DNA from: Octopus vulgaris
Taxonomy: Eukaryota
NCBI GenBank assembly: GCA_951406725.2
Contig: OX597815.1
Location: forward strand, 41,726,001 to 41,790,000
Direction: 5' to 3'
Length of the DNA stretch: 64,000 nt
The notes under the pieces were generated by a model, which saw nothing but the letters and a program-made list of their open reading frames with translations, did no database searches and was not told the origin of the DNA. Position 1 is the stretch's first letter; each line of letters begins with the position of its first letter. Of the stretch, positions 39,111 through 53,049 are shown one piece after another. Position numbers and translations under genes: made by a program.

Positions 39111-40180
39111 CTATGTATGACTTTTAGACATTTTTGAGATGTTGTTTATGGTTACCTGTGCTTCTATCTTACCATAATTATCAATTTGTTCTAATAGAAA
39201 GTCTATATTTGAATGGAAGGATAAATTAGTTTGGAGACCGTCATCTATCTCCCTTACATGGATTGGGTTTTTAGCTTTTGCCTTGAGATTTTCATGCAGA
39301 TTAAACATTTCTTCTATATTGCTGTCAGATAAAGCTTCCCGGAGTTTTGAACATTCCTCCTTGATTACCATTTGTCTCTCTTCCATCTTATCCATAATCT
39401 GTATAATCCGTTGCTTTTCTCGCGAAACATTCTGATTTGCTATTTCAATCAAATCTTGCTCACGGTTCTCCAGGGCATTTCTCAGGACAACAAACACGTC
39501 TTTAATTTCTTTTTTTATAGTGTCATTGTTAGTATCTTTGCATCTCACCAAATCTTCAAGAGTTTCGCTTTTGCTCTTTAGAGAAGTTGCTTCATTTTCC
39601 ATGTTAGAGACTGCTGACTCAATAACAGGGCGATACTTCTTCAGTGCTTCATTCACATCCATAACGTAATGGCCATGTCGATCCTTATGATCCAGGACAG
39701 TGCAATCACGACACACAGGTTTGATGCACGGCTCGCAAAAGAAGTTTAATGGCTGAAGATGGTGCTTGGAACAGAAGTTAACTGTATATGTATTTGTATG
39801 ACGGACGAAATCCAACAGTTGAACAACTCGATGATCAGTTGGTAGTTGGACAACATGACTTTCCGATGTCATAAAAGAATTACGACAACTGGGGCATTGA
39901 AACGTTATGGTTCCACCAACACCAACTGCACGAGAATGAGTGAGGCTGTTTCTTTGGGCACACTCTGAATGATAGAGCTGCATCAAACATGGCAGGCAGA
40001 AAGAGTGATGACATGGAAGTATTTTGGGAACTTTTACACTTTCCTCATAACGGTCGCGGCAAATCATGCAGCGCAGGAAAGTTTCTTCGAAAACCTCTTC
40101 ATCTAAGACAATGCTACGTCGTATTCCAGCAGCTAGTTGCTCAAGTTGAAGAGCTTGAGAGTCAACTTTGACACTTGGCT
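39111..40180 (-). CDS. TRIM protein (RING-HC, B-box2, coiled coil; no C-terminal domain), main coding exon
   Basis: CMIC...LPCHHSFCLPC...CPSCR RING; CSKH...FFCEPC..PVCRDC...DH...GH B-box; helical coiled coil; acceptor ttgcAG at 40181-40182 (phase 1); minus-strand AATAAA at 38289-38294. Confidence 0.92.
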
Positions 40181-40430
40181 CTGCAATGATAAAGAAAGAT
40201 TTTATAAGAAACAGATTCAGTATAAACATGATAAATAACACATGTGTATATATATATATATCTGCTATTATTATTGCATTTTCTATACTTTACAAGTTTC
40301 AATAGAATTAATTCCTTTGCTTGATTTTTGATTAAAAATACCCTGTAGCAGTTCTTGTGAACAAACTGCATAGATATTCACAGTATAATTTTTTTTTTAA
40401 ACTCATCATAATTTACATGCAAGTCCAAAC

Positions 40431-40461
<31 letters not shown>

Positions 40462-40959
40462 ATTATTATTATTATTATTATTAAAGCTGCAAAAACATCA
40501 CAAAAAAATTACAAAAAACTGCTACTCAGAGTTTCGCATACTGTTCATTGAACAGGTTGGTGACAAGAAGAGCACCCAGCCACATAAAATCTACTTCAAT
40601 GAACTCCATCCAACCCATGCAAGCTTACAAAAGTGGACATTGAAATTAAATGAAAAAAAAAAATTAATTTACTCATGTCTTAATATGGTTCACTCCTGCT
40701 TTAACATGGTCTTTACTTCTGGGGTTGGTGTAAAGTGTGACAACAAAGATACAACCAAGAATTTCAAACAAAATTTTTTAATGAAAACAAGACAAGCAAA
40801 AAAAAAAAAAAAAAGACAGCAATTGAACAAACAGACACACTAATAAACATAGATACACTTTGAAAAATACACTGAAAAAAAAATGACAATTATTCGACAA
40901 ATAGACACACTTATATAAGAAAAACAAAACAGACTTTTTAACATTGACACACAGAAATG

Positions 40960-41450
40960 GTGATAGCCAAGTTTTCAGTTATAAGAAGAGCAGTAGTGAT
41001 AATATATCCTTAACAGCATTGAAAGCCAGAGGGAGATATTGGACACGAGTCACTTCTGGCAAAACAAGTGTGAGAGAGGTATATCAAAACAATGATTCCT
41101 TGTCTGATGAATTAATTGAAGAAAGGACAAAAAGGGTAATGACATTTTCTGTCTTACCAATATAGAATGGAGCTTCCATATGCTCATAAAACAGTGTGAT
41201 ACAATATGTGTTCCATCAACAAGTATTAGATATGTGAAAGTATGTGCATAGTTTTGCAATGAAGGATGAGGAGAGGTGACAGATAGTGTTGGTGTTGAGC
41301 ACTTGCTCATAGGCTGTGTTGAAATGTATGGGGCAACAGAATATACCAGGGATATTGGTAATGATGTTAACATTTGGCTTACTGTTACATTTGTAGTACA
41401 GCATGAGCAGGTGGTACAAAGGTAACAAGAAATTATGTCACTGGGTAGGG
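40960..41450 (-). pseudogene. Penelope-like GIY-YIG endonuclease remnant
   Basis: Minus strand ...NTYCIT...FYIGKTEN...; heavily decayed. Confidence 0.45.
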
Positions 41451-42483
41451 TCAGCATCTCTCTCTGTCTCTGTCTCTCTCTCTCTCTCTCTCATACATAT
41501 TAATGGGCTAGGATAGCAAAATAAATTATTATTATTATTATTATCATTGTTAGATCAGTGAGCTGATACAACCATTAGTATTTTGAGTTCAAATTCTGCC
41601 AGGGCTGACTTTGCCCTTCATCTTTTGAGGCTGCTAAAATAAGTACCATTTGAACACTATTGTTGATGTAATTGACTTACAACTATCTCCCTCCAATTGT
41701 CAGGCATTCTGCCTATTACAAAAAGGATCATTATTATGCTTTGAGATGAGTAAGCATGTCCAAAAGCAGTGTGTGTGTGTGTGTGTATCATTGTCATTTT
41801 AATGTCTATTTTAACCATGCAGGTGGAATTCATTGAGGCACATTCTCTATGGCTTGATGCTCTTCCTGTCACCAACTTGCACCTGTTTCCAAATAATATA
41901 ATATTTCCCCATGGCCAGACATGCTTTTGTGGAAGATTGTAAATGAAAGATACTGCTTGTATGACAGTGAAGCTCATTTACAAATATCACACGGTGTCAA
42001 GATGAGAAGGCAATAACTCACACGCACACACAATAGACTTCTTTCAGGGTCTATCTACAAAATTCATTCACAAAGCTTTGGTCAGCCTGGAGCTAAAATA
42101 GAAGACACTTGCACAAGGTGCTGTCCAAAAGGAGCAAACTCAAAATGATGTGGTTAGAAAGTAAACTTCTCAACCACACAGCTGTGCCTATACATATGCA
42201 TACAAACGCTCACTCTCTGTCAGTCAGTCTCTCTCTCTCTCTCGTTCCCTCTTCCACTCGATGGGCTTTCACAGATTCAGCCAACTAAATATTTCACTCA
42301 CAAGGTTTCATTTAAACCAAGGCTATGATAGAAGACATCTACTCAAAATACTGTTAAATGATGTATCTGATACAGAATCACATGACTGTCTAGTGAACTT
42401 TTTATCTGTTCAGTCATGCCTGTACTCAAGAAACTAAGAATAATTTAATATGATATTTTCCAGCAGACAAACAACATAAGACT

Positions 42484-42881
42484 GTGTTGGTTTGATCATG
42501 TAGAAAGATGCATACAGAAGTATTGATCACTTAAAGAGGATGGAAATTGTGGAAGAGGAAAACCTAGAAAGATGTGGGACAAAGTATTGAAGGCTGATCT
42601 CAAGACACTAAGCCTTACAAAGGAGATGACAAAGGACCGAGATGCCTTGCACCTTGCTGTTCTCAAGAGGACCCGTCCATCACAGCAGAATTAATACTGG
42701 TGCTGTTGCCACATAAAAAGCAACCAGTATACTCTGTAGAGTGGTTGGTGTTAGGAAGGGCATCCAGCCATAGAAACCATGTTGGAACAGACAATGTAGC
42801 CTGGTACAGCCCCTGGCTTTACCAGCTCTTGTCAAACCATCCACATGCCAGCATGGAAAATGGACAGTAAATGATGATGAA
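42484..42881 (+). mobile_element. RTE LINE 3' end
   Basis: GNCGRGKPRKMWDKV motif; tail as at 34890-35463. Confidence 0.75.
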
Positions 42882-43789
42882 GTAGTGTAAACATTCAAAC
42901 ATTGCCATCATATTTCCAAATTCTGCATTTCATATGGAAGTTTTGGTTCTCCAAAGTTGTCTTGGAGTATAAGTCACTCTAACCTTTTGGCTCTAAATTT
43001 TGGGCTGAAAAATTCAACTTGTATGTCAGAAAATAGAGTATGCTCAAAACCAGACATTAGCAAGACTCCAAAATAAATTCAATAAAATTTTACAGAGAAC
43101 AAATTAAAAAAATTAAAAGAAAAGTAGACATTCCCAATTTCCACACTACTGTTATTGTTGTTGTATATGTGAATATAAGAGTCACTTTCATGTTAATCTA
43201 TGCTTCAAACACCAGCTTAATAATGACAAAATTATTTTACTAAATTCTTAAGTTCAAAGTTAATTGAAACACAAGCAGTGTATTTCATTAAAAATATAGT
43301 TATGAAAGGGTAAAGTGTATACATGCCTGTGGAATGCACATTCACTTGCATGTTAATTCAAGAGCAGGTTACTCAGTTGATCGAACAATGGAATCCTCGA
43401 TGTTGAATGATGGAGGTCTTCCACCATCATATTGAGCATATGTGCATACACACACACACATACACACACACATCTATTGGCTTTTGCCTGTACCCAAGAA
43501 ACAAAGAATAATTTCACAGGCTTAAACCACATATTTGGCAAGACTTCAAAATAAGTACAAATAAATTATACCGGAAACAAATTAAAAAATTAATAAGAGT
43601 GGAAATTTCAAATTTCCATATCACTACTGTTGTTGTTTTTGTTGTTAAATAGCACCAGGTCAGTTCTGACCAAGTTGTTTTATTTTATCATTAATGGTTT
43701 CCTAGAAATGAATATAGCCAAATTCTATTCCAGTATGTGATCTAGGTCTATAGGGCTACATAGTTTAATGTGTTCAATTCTAACTCCTG

Positions 43790-44130
43790 CTACAGAAGGA
43801 TTCTGAGAACATATTGGCAAGACACATAACTGATGATATTCTGAAGAGGGCCAACAGAAGACCCCTTAACAAAATCGCAACAGAACTAAGATTAAAACTA
43901 GCAAGTCACATACTCCATCTACCAGAACAATACCATTCTAAAACAGCTTTCAAACAGACACCACTGGAAGGAAAAACAAAGGAGAAAAAAAACTGAAAAC
44001 TACAAGAGGCAGAACATTCATAACTGGCATGAAAAAGGCCAATAGTAAATGGATAAATGTAGAGAAAACTACAGCTAACAGAAACCAGTTGTGTCGATTT
44101 GCTGCCCAATGAGCTCAAATGAGCAGGAGG
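43790..44130 (+). mobile_element. LINE (RTE-like) C-terminal fragment
   Basis: HITDDILKRANRRPL...LRLKLASHILHLP...TPLEGK resembles the RTE C-terminus. Confidence 0.55.
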
Positions 44131-44339
44131 AACTGATGTTAATGTTGATTCTAACTCTTGCATGAAGAAGTAGAAATGTGGGTTGACTCGAGACTACAGA
44201 CTAATGGTAGGGTGTATGTAATTTTCGAGGAATATAGCTGCTATTGAACAAATTCTGTGAAGTTTTCTTGTTTTATATCATATGTCATTGTGATGACAAT
44301 GGATATGAATCATTGAGTCATACATGCGAATATATATCG

Positions 44340-44765
44340 GCAAAGCATGGCTGTGTGGTTAAGAGGCTCACTTTGCAACCATATGGTTTGGATTCAGTCC
44401 CTCTGCATGACACCTTAGACAAATATCTTTTACCCTAGTTCCAGGCTGACCAATACCTTGTGAGTAAATCTGGTAGATGGAAATGGTGTGGAGGCCCAAC
44501 GTATGTATGTACGTATGTATGTATGTACGTACGTACGTACGTACATACGTACGTACGTGCATGCATGTTTGTTTTTGTTTCTCCCTCCGCATGACAACCA
44601 ATGTTGGTTTGTTTTATGACCCCAACTTAGCAATTCAGCAAAAGAGATTGATAGAATAGTACTAGACTTCAAAAATAAGTACCCTGGTTGATTTGTTCAA
44701 CTAAACCACTCAAGACAATGCTCCAGCATGGCTGCAGTCCAATATGACTGAAACAAGCAAAAAGA
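44340..44765 (+). mobile_element. Family-A SINE with internal (GTAC/GTAT)n
   Basis: Head, CORE-like domain and tail homologous to 8015-8414. Confidence 0.75.
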
Positions 44766-45136
44766 TCTATACAAAACATCTTCACAAGGAAGAAGAATGG
44801 AGATTGAAATTGAAAGAACACGACAGCTTGAGGGATTACAAGAAGTGTTCAGTAACATAATTGCTTACAATGTAAAGCTGTGCAGGAAGAAAGTTTGAGT
44901 TCTAAAACTGTGGCAATCAGGTTCCCTTGATAGTAATCAATAATGAATTAACACAACTCACAACAATAGAAACAAAAAGAACAACCCAGAAACTCTGTTC
45001 TTGTTACTGGCAAGAACTCAGTGCTTACTCTAGGCTAGTATGGAGGACAACATCAAAGAGTTTCTCTTACTATCAACTACATATCTCTTTGGTTATGTAA
45101 TATGTCAGTTACTTCTAGATCAGTCATAGTCATTTG

Positions 45137-45455
45137 AAGGTGCATGGCTAAGTGGTTAGGGTATTTGGCTCACAATCGTAAAGTTGTGAGTTCAATACCC
45201 AGTGACACATTGTATCCTTGAGCAAGACACTTTATTTCAAGTTGCTCCAGTCCACTCAGCTGTCAAAAATGAGTAGTACCTGTACTTCAAAGGGCCAGCT
45301 TTGTTACTTCTGTGTCACACTGAATCTCCCTGAGAACTACGTTAGAGGTGTGCATGTCTGTGGAGTGCTCGGCCACTTGTACATTAATTTCACAAGCAAG
45401 CTGTTTGGTTGATCGGATCAACGGAACCCTCATTCTTGTAACTGATGGAATGCCA
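45137..45455 (+). mobile_element. tRNA-derived SINE with CORE-like centre and the 19372-type tail
   Basis: TGGCTAAGTGGTTAG (A box), GAGTTCAATACC (B box), CCTTGAGCAAGACACTTTA. Confidence 0.8.
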
Positions 45456-46194
45456 TATGTAAGTCTTAAGCAAACTGAGGACTTTCTAATGAAATATTAC
45501 ATTAAACTTTTTTAGTAGTGTGGCCTGCCTGGTGATGAGCCATGTCTCATGCAGCCCACTTTTCAAAAAAGAAAGCCCATGCTGTTCTAGATAAACAGGA
45601 ATGCAGACATGCACAACATAATGAAATCAACTCTGGACTGAAGTCGATAAAATGCTTCTCAGCTGTTCAACAAAAACAAGATCAACTTATTATTTTAGCA
45701 CTAATACTAGCCATTATTCTAACTCCTGCATAAGTAAGTAGAAAGTTACTAACCCTAAAAAAGAAAATGAAATTAATGCTTTGATAACCTGAACAAAACT
45801 GCCCCTGGTTCTAAGATGCAAACTTCTTGTTTTAAACTGATCTAAGTTAAAACCTTCCTTCAAAATTTCATGTTAAATTATGCTCAAAACACCAGCTTAA
45901 TAATGATCAAGTTGCTTTAATAAGTTTTTTCTTATTTTCTAAATTATTTGCAATAAAAGCAGTGTATTTCAAGAGAAATATGATAACAAAAGGGTAAATT
46001 TTTAAAGGAATGGAAGTATTGTAGATGTAGGAACCTGAAAATATTTAACAGTATCATTGTCTAAAAGGAAAAGCATAATTCAATGGAACCAAATCCTCTA
46101 TACTAAGCAAAGAGTCCTGTTGTTGTCATCATCTCTGGTCACCATGTGACTGACTTGGGTTTTGGTGTACCTTGGTCAATTGGTGACATGCTGA

Positions 46195-46600
46195 CTCTCT
46201 TTACTCTTTTACTTGTTTCAGTCATTTGATTGTGGCCATGCTGGAGCACCACCTTTAATCAAACAAATCGACCCCAGGACTTATTCTTTGTAAGCCTAGT
46301 ACTTATTCTATCGATCTCTTTTGCCGAACCGCTAAGTTACAGGGACCTAAACACACCAACATTGACTGTCAAGCGATGTTGGGGGGACAAACACAGACAC
46401 ACAAACATATGTACACACACATATATATACATATATACGACGGGCTTTTTCAGTTTCCGTCTACCAAATCCACTCACAAGGCTTTGGTCGGCCCAAGGCC
46501 GTAGTAGAAGACACTTGCCCAAGGTGTCACGCAGTGGGACTGAATGCGGAACCATGTGGTTCCTAAGCAAACTACTTACCACACAGCCACTCCTACACCT
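46195..46600 (-). mobile_element. Full-length family-A SINE
   Basis: High similarity to 8015-8414. Confidence 0.85.
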
Positions 46601-46976
46601 GTATAAATTTCTCTGTAATATAATTTGTATCTACACACACACACACAGATGATGATGATGATATGGTGGAGCAGCTGTGGTCTGTTGAACTGAATATAGT
46701 AAATATTTCTACAGACCAACAATAGGATAAAATGCAATGTTGATGATGACTGGCAGGATTTGAAATTAGTCATTAATCAATAAAATTATCTACTACTCAG
46801 TAGGTTACCATCTGTGCCAGCCTAATAGTATTAAGATAATAGTAATATTAATGGTTTCAAGTTTTGAAGCAAGGCTAGTGATTTTATGGATAGAGGGTTT
46901 GTTGCATCATTCATATTTTTATAATTTCAGTTTACATGTTTTCAGAATAACTAGGAATTGAAGTTAAATAAAGATT

Positions 46977-47290
46977 TAGTGGCTGTGTGGTAAGTAGCTT
47001 GCTTACCAACCACATGGTTCCCGGTTCAGGCCCACTGTGTGGCAACTTGGGCAAGGTACATGCAATGGGACTGAACTCAGAACCATGTGGTTGGGAAGCA
47101 AACTTTTTAACACACACATACACAGAGTTCCACTGCATGGTGTCTTGGACAAGTGTTTCTACTATAGCTCCAGGTTGACCAAAGCCTTGAGAGTAGATTT
47201 GGTAGACAGAAACTGGAAGAAGTTCATCATGTGTGTGCATGTGCATGTGTGTGTATGTTTCTCCTTGTTTTGACACCGTTTGATAGTTGT
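46977..47290 (+). mobile_element. Rearranged family-A SINE (head followed by an inverted head fragment)
   Basis: Head 46977-47057, reverse head fragment 47058-47115, body 47128-47290. Confidence 0.65.
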
Positions 47291-50200
47291 AAACAAGCCT
47301 AACTGTTAAACAAGTTTTGTCATTCATTTTCTCATTTCCATGTACACATGTCCAGCCATAGAGAAACACTATCCTGCTTGGAAACAAGTGAAGGTCGGAG
47401 ACAGACAGGACACTTGAGACATCTGTCTGAATAAGCTCCATCGAAACTATGCAACCATGAAAAAGTGGACATTAAACTGATGAGGATGATGATAATATCA
47501 AATAAATTATGTGACTGCTGTAAAATGGACACTGACCAACCATAGGAGATTGCTTAAATTACAAAGAGTATTTGTTTATTAGGAGATAAATGAAAATATT
47601 TGCAATGAAAGACAGTTGAGTCTATTTATCACAAGATTTTAATTATTACTATATATTTTCTGTATACTAGTCAAAATAGTATATAGCGTAAACATTCAAA
47701 CATCATCAATATCTTTTCAAATCTTACTACATTTCACATAGAACTTTTGGTCCTCTAATTTTGTCTTAGTGTATAAGTTGTCCTACCTTTTTTGACAGAA
47801 TTAGAAAAGGACTTAGTATTTCAGGGGTTTTTTTTCTGATGCAAATATAAGTTGGCTAAGAAGTTTCGATATTTATATGAATATAAAGAGCACACTGTAA
47901 AACTCATTCAAGTGACCACAAATATCTGTAAGATTGACTTTAAGTTAGCAGGTTTGGGAGAAGGGCTAAGTACACTGGTACTTATTTTATCAACCCCTGA
48001 AAGGATGAAAAGCAAAGTCAAACTAAGCATTTCATCTGACATGCTAATGATGCTGCTTTACAAATATCTGTAAGATTACCAACTAATATCAGTCTCAAAC
48101 CTTATAAGACCTGCTTATCCCTCAACACTTTGCAATTGGCATTGAAAGAATAACTAATCCCAAAATATTTACTCCAATCGTAGATGATGTGATATTCATG
48201 CTTCTACACATTTGTATAGTTGATAAAGTGATCGTTAATGATAAAAACCTGTCAATTCAGTGCACATAAAGTAAGTACTGTCTTGAATCCAAGGATGCAT
48301 AGGGCTGGTTACTCAGTTTTCAAGCCATATAAGTGACCAAAATCACATTTCCCCTGAAGCAGTCTGTCACAAGGTTACTCAGAGCCGAGTGGACTGGAGC
48401 AACATGAGATGAAGTGTTTTTGTTCAAGAACACAATACAATGCCTGGTCTAATACACATAGGAGGGAAAAAACATCAAGTAGATATTAACATAAACAACC
48501 ACTGCACTGTACCCCTGGACCACATATACACTGTTACCTGTTGTAATTTTTCTGTCTGGCAATAAACTCTGATTGTAGTTGATTAACAATAAAAAGAGCA
48601 TCTACCCATATAAACCACTTCCTAAATGAGCCCTAATGAAGCTTTTATAATGGTCACTTGATCTGCTAGAGATAATGACTAAATCCCTCTCATAGGCCAA
48701 ATTAGCATCAAAGAAAAATGATGAGTGTTCATGTAGTTAAAGTTACACTGTATTTGAAAACGAGATGGGATGGTTACAGCTGAAATGTCTTAAGTCTACT
48801 CAATCAGGCCAACCTGCACCAAAATAATAACAAAGGCTCTTAAAATATGCAAATGTCCAAATCTGCCAAAAAAAGAACTTGTTTATCTACACTATTACAG
48901 AAAAAATTAATAGAAAATCAAACAAAAGGTTTCAGTTTAGTTATACAACTGAAGCAAAAATTAATAACAAAAATAAAATGAGTAAGTTAGAATATAGTAT
49001 AAAAAATAGTATGATGTTTAACTTACGCGAGTGTGAGAAATAATGATGATAGTGTAATAATAGTAGTAGTAGTAGTGTTGGTGGTGTGGTAATGGTGGTG
49101 GTGATATTAGTAATGGTAGTGGTGGGAAGGAAACTAAAAATTGGATAATTTTTTAAGACAATTTTTTTTTTGTCAACAATATTTAAATAAAGACAGCTAT
49201 ACTTAAAAAGTAATTATAAAATATAAACAAACGAAGAAGTAAAGAAATGTTTTTGGAACAGACCCAGATTCAGACACCACTTGTAAGCTAGCAAGCTCTC
49301 CATGTAGGATTTCTTGTTGGGAGGAGACAAATCACATTTTCTGGAGACCTATTTTATTCTTTCTGACATTCATGCTATTAGAAAGTTTCAACTGCACTGA
49401 CTGTGAAAATAGCACATACTTCCATGCTAAATATATATATCAACATCTAAATCCTACCTGCAATTTCACGACCATTAACTTTCACCTCAGATCTAAACTT
49501 TCCCTGCCAAAATTAGTTCATTCAAATGACCTCTTCAAAATTCCAACTCAACTTTTACCAACATTCTTTTGCTCTAATAGTTTATTATTGCCCTTATGTG
49601 GTTCCTACCCTGCCAATCAAATAAAAGAACTATTTATAACTCCTTGTCAAACACTTGATGTCATTCAGATTATTTTTTTATAGTGCATTCAAAATTCTAT
49701 TTTCATCCAACATTGTCTATTTTATTTCATTTTCTTAGAATTGTTTTTCTTTTACCTTATTTAGACAATTATACCAGTGTGGTCAACTCTGTAGGATTTG
49801 ATTACTAATCAAATGTCTATTTGTTGAATGGATGATGTTAAGCCATGCACAACACAAATGGTAACTCTTCATTTTTATCATGTCATTTACAAATTGAACT
49901 AAGCAATGGAATTTCTGAAGAATTTTACACCTTATGTCTTTAACCAACACTTAACCCTTTTGTTACTAAATTTTTGTTGAAATACATTGTCTTCCTTTCA
50001 ATTAATTTTGAAATTAATGAAGAATTTAGCAAAATAACTTTATTATTGCTGGTGTTTGGAACATAGATGAATAAGAAGAAATTTTGATGGAAAGTTTTGA
50101 TTTAATTAATCACTTGAAAACAGTGAATTTGTATTTAGAAACAAGGGCAGTCTGAGACAGGTTGGGATTCTAATTCTAAGCACAAAGCAGAAACAAACTA

Positions 50201-50456
50201 AATTTTAGGATGTGCCTAATTCAATCACCTTCAAAACCAGGACTGTGGTATCAGTACACAAAACCTTTAGTTCCAACTCCTCATGGTACAACCAATTATA
50301 TTATAATGTAAATACATGGTGCCACCTACTCAGGTCTCTGTTTGTAAATAGACTAATTATGAATCTTATGTATATAGGCTGAAAGTACCCAATATACATA
50401 CACAATATAAATTACCATGTTACATGCTAGTACTCTAACCTATTAAAGTTTATCTT

Positions 50457-50603
50457 TAACCCTTTAGCATTCAGATTACTCTGTCAATGTTTATTTATTC
50501 ACAACTTTTAAAATTAATCATGTAATGGTAGAGTAGGTGTAAGATGCTGGAACCAGGTAAAATATTTGGTCAGATATGGCTGGTTTAAATAGTAATGGGT
50601 TAA
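50457..50603. mobile_element. piggyBac-like MITE
   Basis: TTAA|CCCTTTAG ... TAATGGG|TTAA; reverse copy at ~51190-51310. Confidence 0.6.
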
Positions 50604-51385
50604 AGACCATAGTTCTACCATTGTGGTTATAAGACAAAACTTATGAAACTAAAAAAAAAATAAAAACTGCTTTTATCAATTAAAAGGCTATGAACAAAAA
50701 TACATCAAAATTAAAACCAAATGACTGAATACATAAAACAACTTAACAATTGGTCTCTTTCAAAGAAATAAACTAAATAAAGAGACATAATCCTTCTTTT
50801 TGAGGTTGAAAGAAGAATTACTTCTAACAAATCTTCCTTCATAGAACACCTTGGATCTTGATTATTTTTGATATAAAAGAGTAGTCAAATTAGTAATGGT
50901 GAAATAGGAAAATTTCATTATACTGCAATTTACATTTTGTCAGTTAGAGTCAATAATTTTTAGTTTTTCAGTAGAAATATACTATTATTGAATGAGGCTA
51001 GGTAGAAGAGACTGTTTGGATTAAAATTAGCACATAGTAGTGAGCATAAGGGACAAAAATATGTGAGATGTTGTGAAACAAGGTCTACACCAAATATATG
51101 GCATATATGTCAAGTCGATGATTTATGAAATACCAGTTTAAATTTATTTCTTTTAAAATGTCATCATTTTTGACAGCTTAGCTATACTACTTTGATCCTT
51201 TAGTATTTAAGCTAGCCATATCCAACCCAAATATTATATCTGTTTTAATTCAAAATAATGTGAATAAACATACATTACATTTGACAGTAATCTGAATGCT
51301 AAAGGGCTAAACCATTATCTTACAGCCCTTATGATTTACTATTACTTTATTTGCTAGTTTGTTTCCTGTAGTAGTGTAATAATTT

Positions 51386-52042
51386 GGATCTTTACCTTTT
51401 GACCTACAGATTTAAAAAATAATTTTTTGTAACTAAACACTTTCAAATTTAGGATACTGGTAGAATGTGTCATATAAAACATCTTTCACTCTTAGCATTT
51501 TTGCGAAAAACTTATATTTACGAAGTTATTTCACGTTAAAGTTCTCATATTTCGGTAATTTCAACCAATCAATGACGTGTATTCAACTGAATAAAATTAC
51601 TGCGGTTGTTTGTCAACAACAACTATCGGGAGTGTATTTTTTGTTTGTCAACAACAACTATCGGGAGTGTCACTGTTTTTTGTTTGTCACTGTTATTTAT
51701 GACACCATTCGTGCGTTTGTACTGGTTTTAGCTTTAACGTTTTAGGGTTAGGGTGTTAGGGTTGTCATAAATAACAGTGACAAATGAAATATACACCGCT
51801 GGAAGTTGTTGTTGACAAACAACAGCAGTAATTTTATTCAGCTGAATACATGTCATTGATTGGTTGAAATTACTGAAATACGAGAACTTTAACGTGAAAT
51901 GACTTGGTAAATATAAGTTTTATTCAAAAATGCTAAGAGTAAACGATGCTTTATATGACACATTCTACCAGTGTCCAAAATTTAAAAGCGTTTAGTTACA
52001 AAAAATTATTTTTTTAAACTGTAGGTCAAAAGGTAGAGACCC
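51386..52042. mobile_element. 657-bp foldback MITE with a TTAGGG centre
   Basis: Arms near-complementary over ~300 bp; termini GGATCTTTACCTTTTGACC / GGTCAAAAGGTAGAGACCC; perfect 8-bp TSD AATAATTT. Confidence 0.88.
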
Positions 52043-52789
52043 AATAATTTGTATAATCCCCCTATCAACACTCCTCAATTAAGCTGGCTCTACAAGCAGC
52101 ACTCTTACTCAAAAAGACTCCACAATTTTTGCTTTCAACTTCACAATGAATGAGGCAATAAAAGAGTCTCTACATAAGAAATGGAAGCTAAATATGTCTC
52201 AAGTCCTATAAAATCACCATTGAAATAATAGAACACATTGGATAATGTAGTCCTGGATGTCTGGAATGCCTTTAATTACAAGGGTTATAATAAGGTAAAA
52301 TAACTACAAATGCACTCAATAAAATTTATTCTGAACCTCCTCTATTTCTTCTTTCTTACTATGACATGTACACATGTACAAATATTCCTCCATTCACTTG
52401 AACCCAGTTAGGTAACCAGTCCACCATCAACCCTCCTATTTTCAATCACAAATCCTTTTAGTTAGATAAATTATGACTTGTCTCCTTCAACCGTAAGGTT
52501 GAACTTTTATTCAAGCTCAAACTTTTAGAAAGTGAAAACTCATGCTGGATGTCTTGCAGAGAATGTTCATAGATTCTAAGGAAATATCTATTGTATTTTC
52601 CAGCACAGAAGTTGAATTTTTCAGAAAAAAATTTACAACCCACCAAAAGGAAGGCCGATTTATACACTAAGACAACTTTGAAAAACCAAAATTTCCTTGC
52701 AAAATGCAGAAGGATTTGGAAATATAGTGATAATGTTTGAATATTTACTGTACACATTATACATCAACTTTATTCTGCCATAAGGAGTG

Positions 52790-53049
52790 AAGGGTGCCAC
52801 AAAGATTACATAGGGCACACAAGCCTTACCCTCAGAGAAAGGATGACAGTTCACCGCCAACAATTGAGGGATCCCACCACAAGACAGATACCAATTAGTG
52901 GGCATTTAGATCTCTGTGCACACAACAAGAACCCCAAATTCCTAGTTTTCCCACTATACCAATGCCTGGATAACACCACTGACCAAACACGAATAAATAG
53001 GGAAAATAATCTTATTCAAAAATACAGACCACAACTCAACATACTCTAA
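52790..53049 (+). pseudogene. Penelope-like element GIY-YIG endonuclease C-terminal remnant
   Basis: GCHKDYIGHTSLTLRERMTVHRQQ...ISGHL...RINRENNLIQKYRPQLN. Confidence 0.78.

Noticed and set aside
40181-40241. Hydrophobic signal-like N-terminus of ORF 39111-40241
   Set aside because: Lies upstream of a good splice acceptor; intronic polypyrimidine/AT-rich sequence
49027-49133. Minus-strand segment with AG and GTAAGT boundaries as a possible TRIM exon
   Set aside because: Low-complexity (ACT/ACC)n; 107 nt would shift the frame between the 59572 and 40180 exons; cannot be excluded as part of an alternative 5' end
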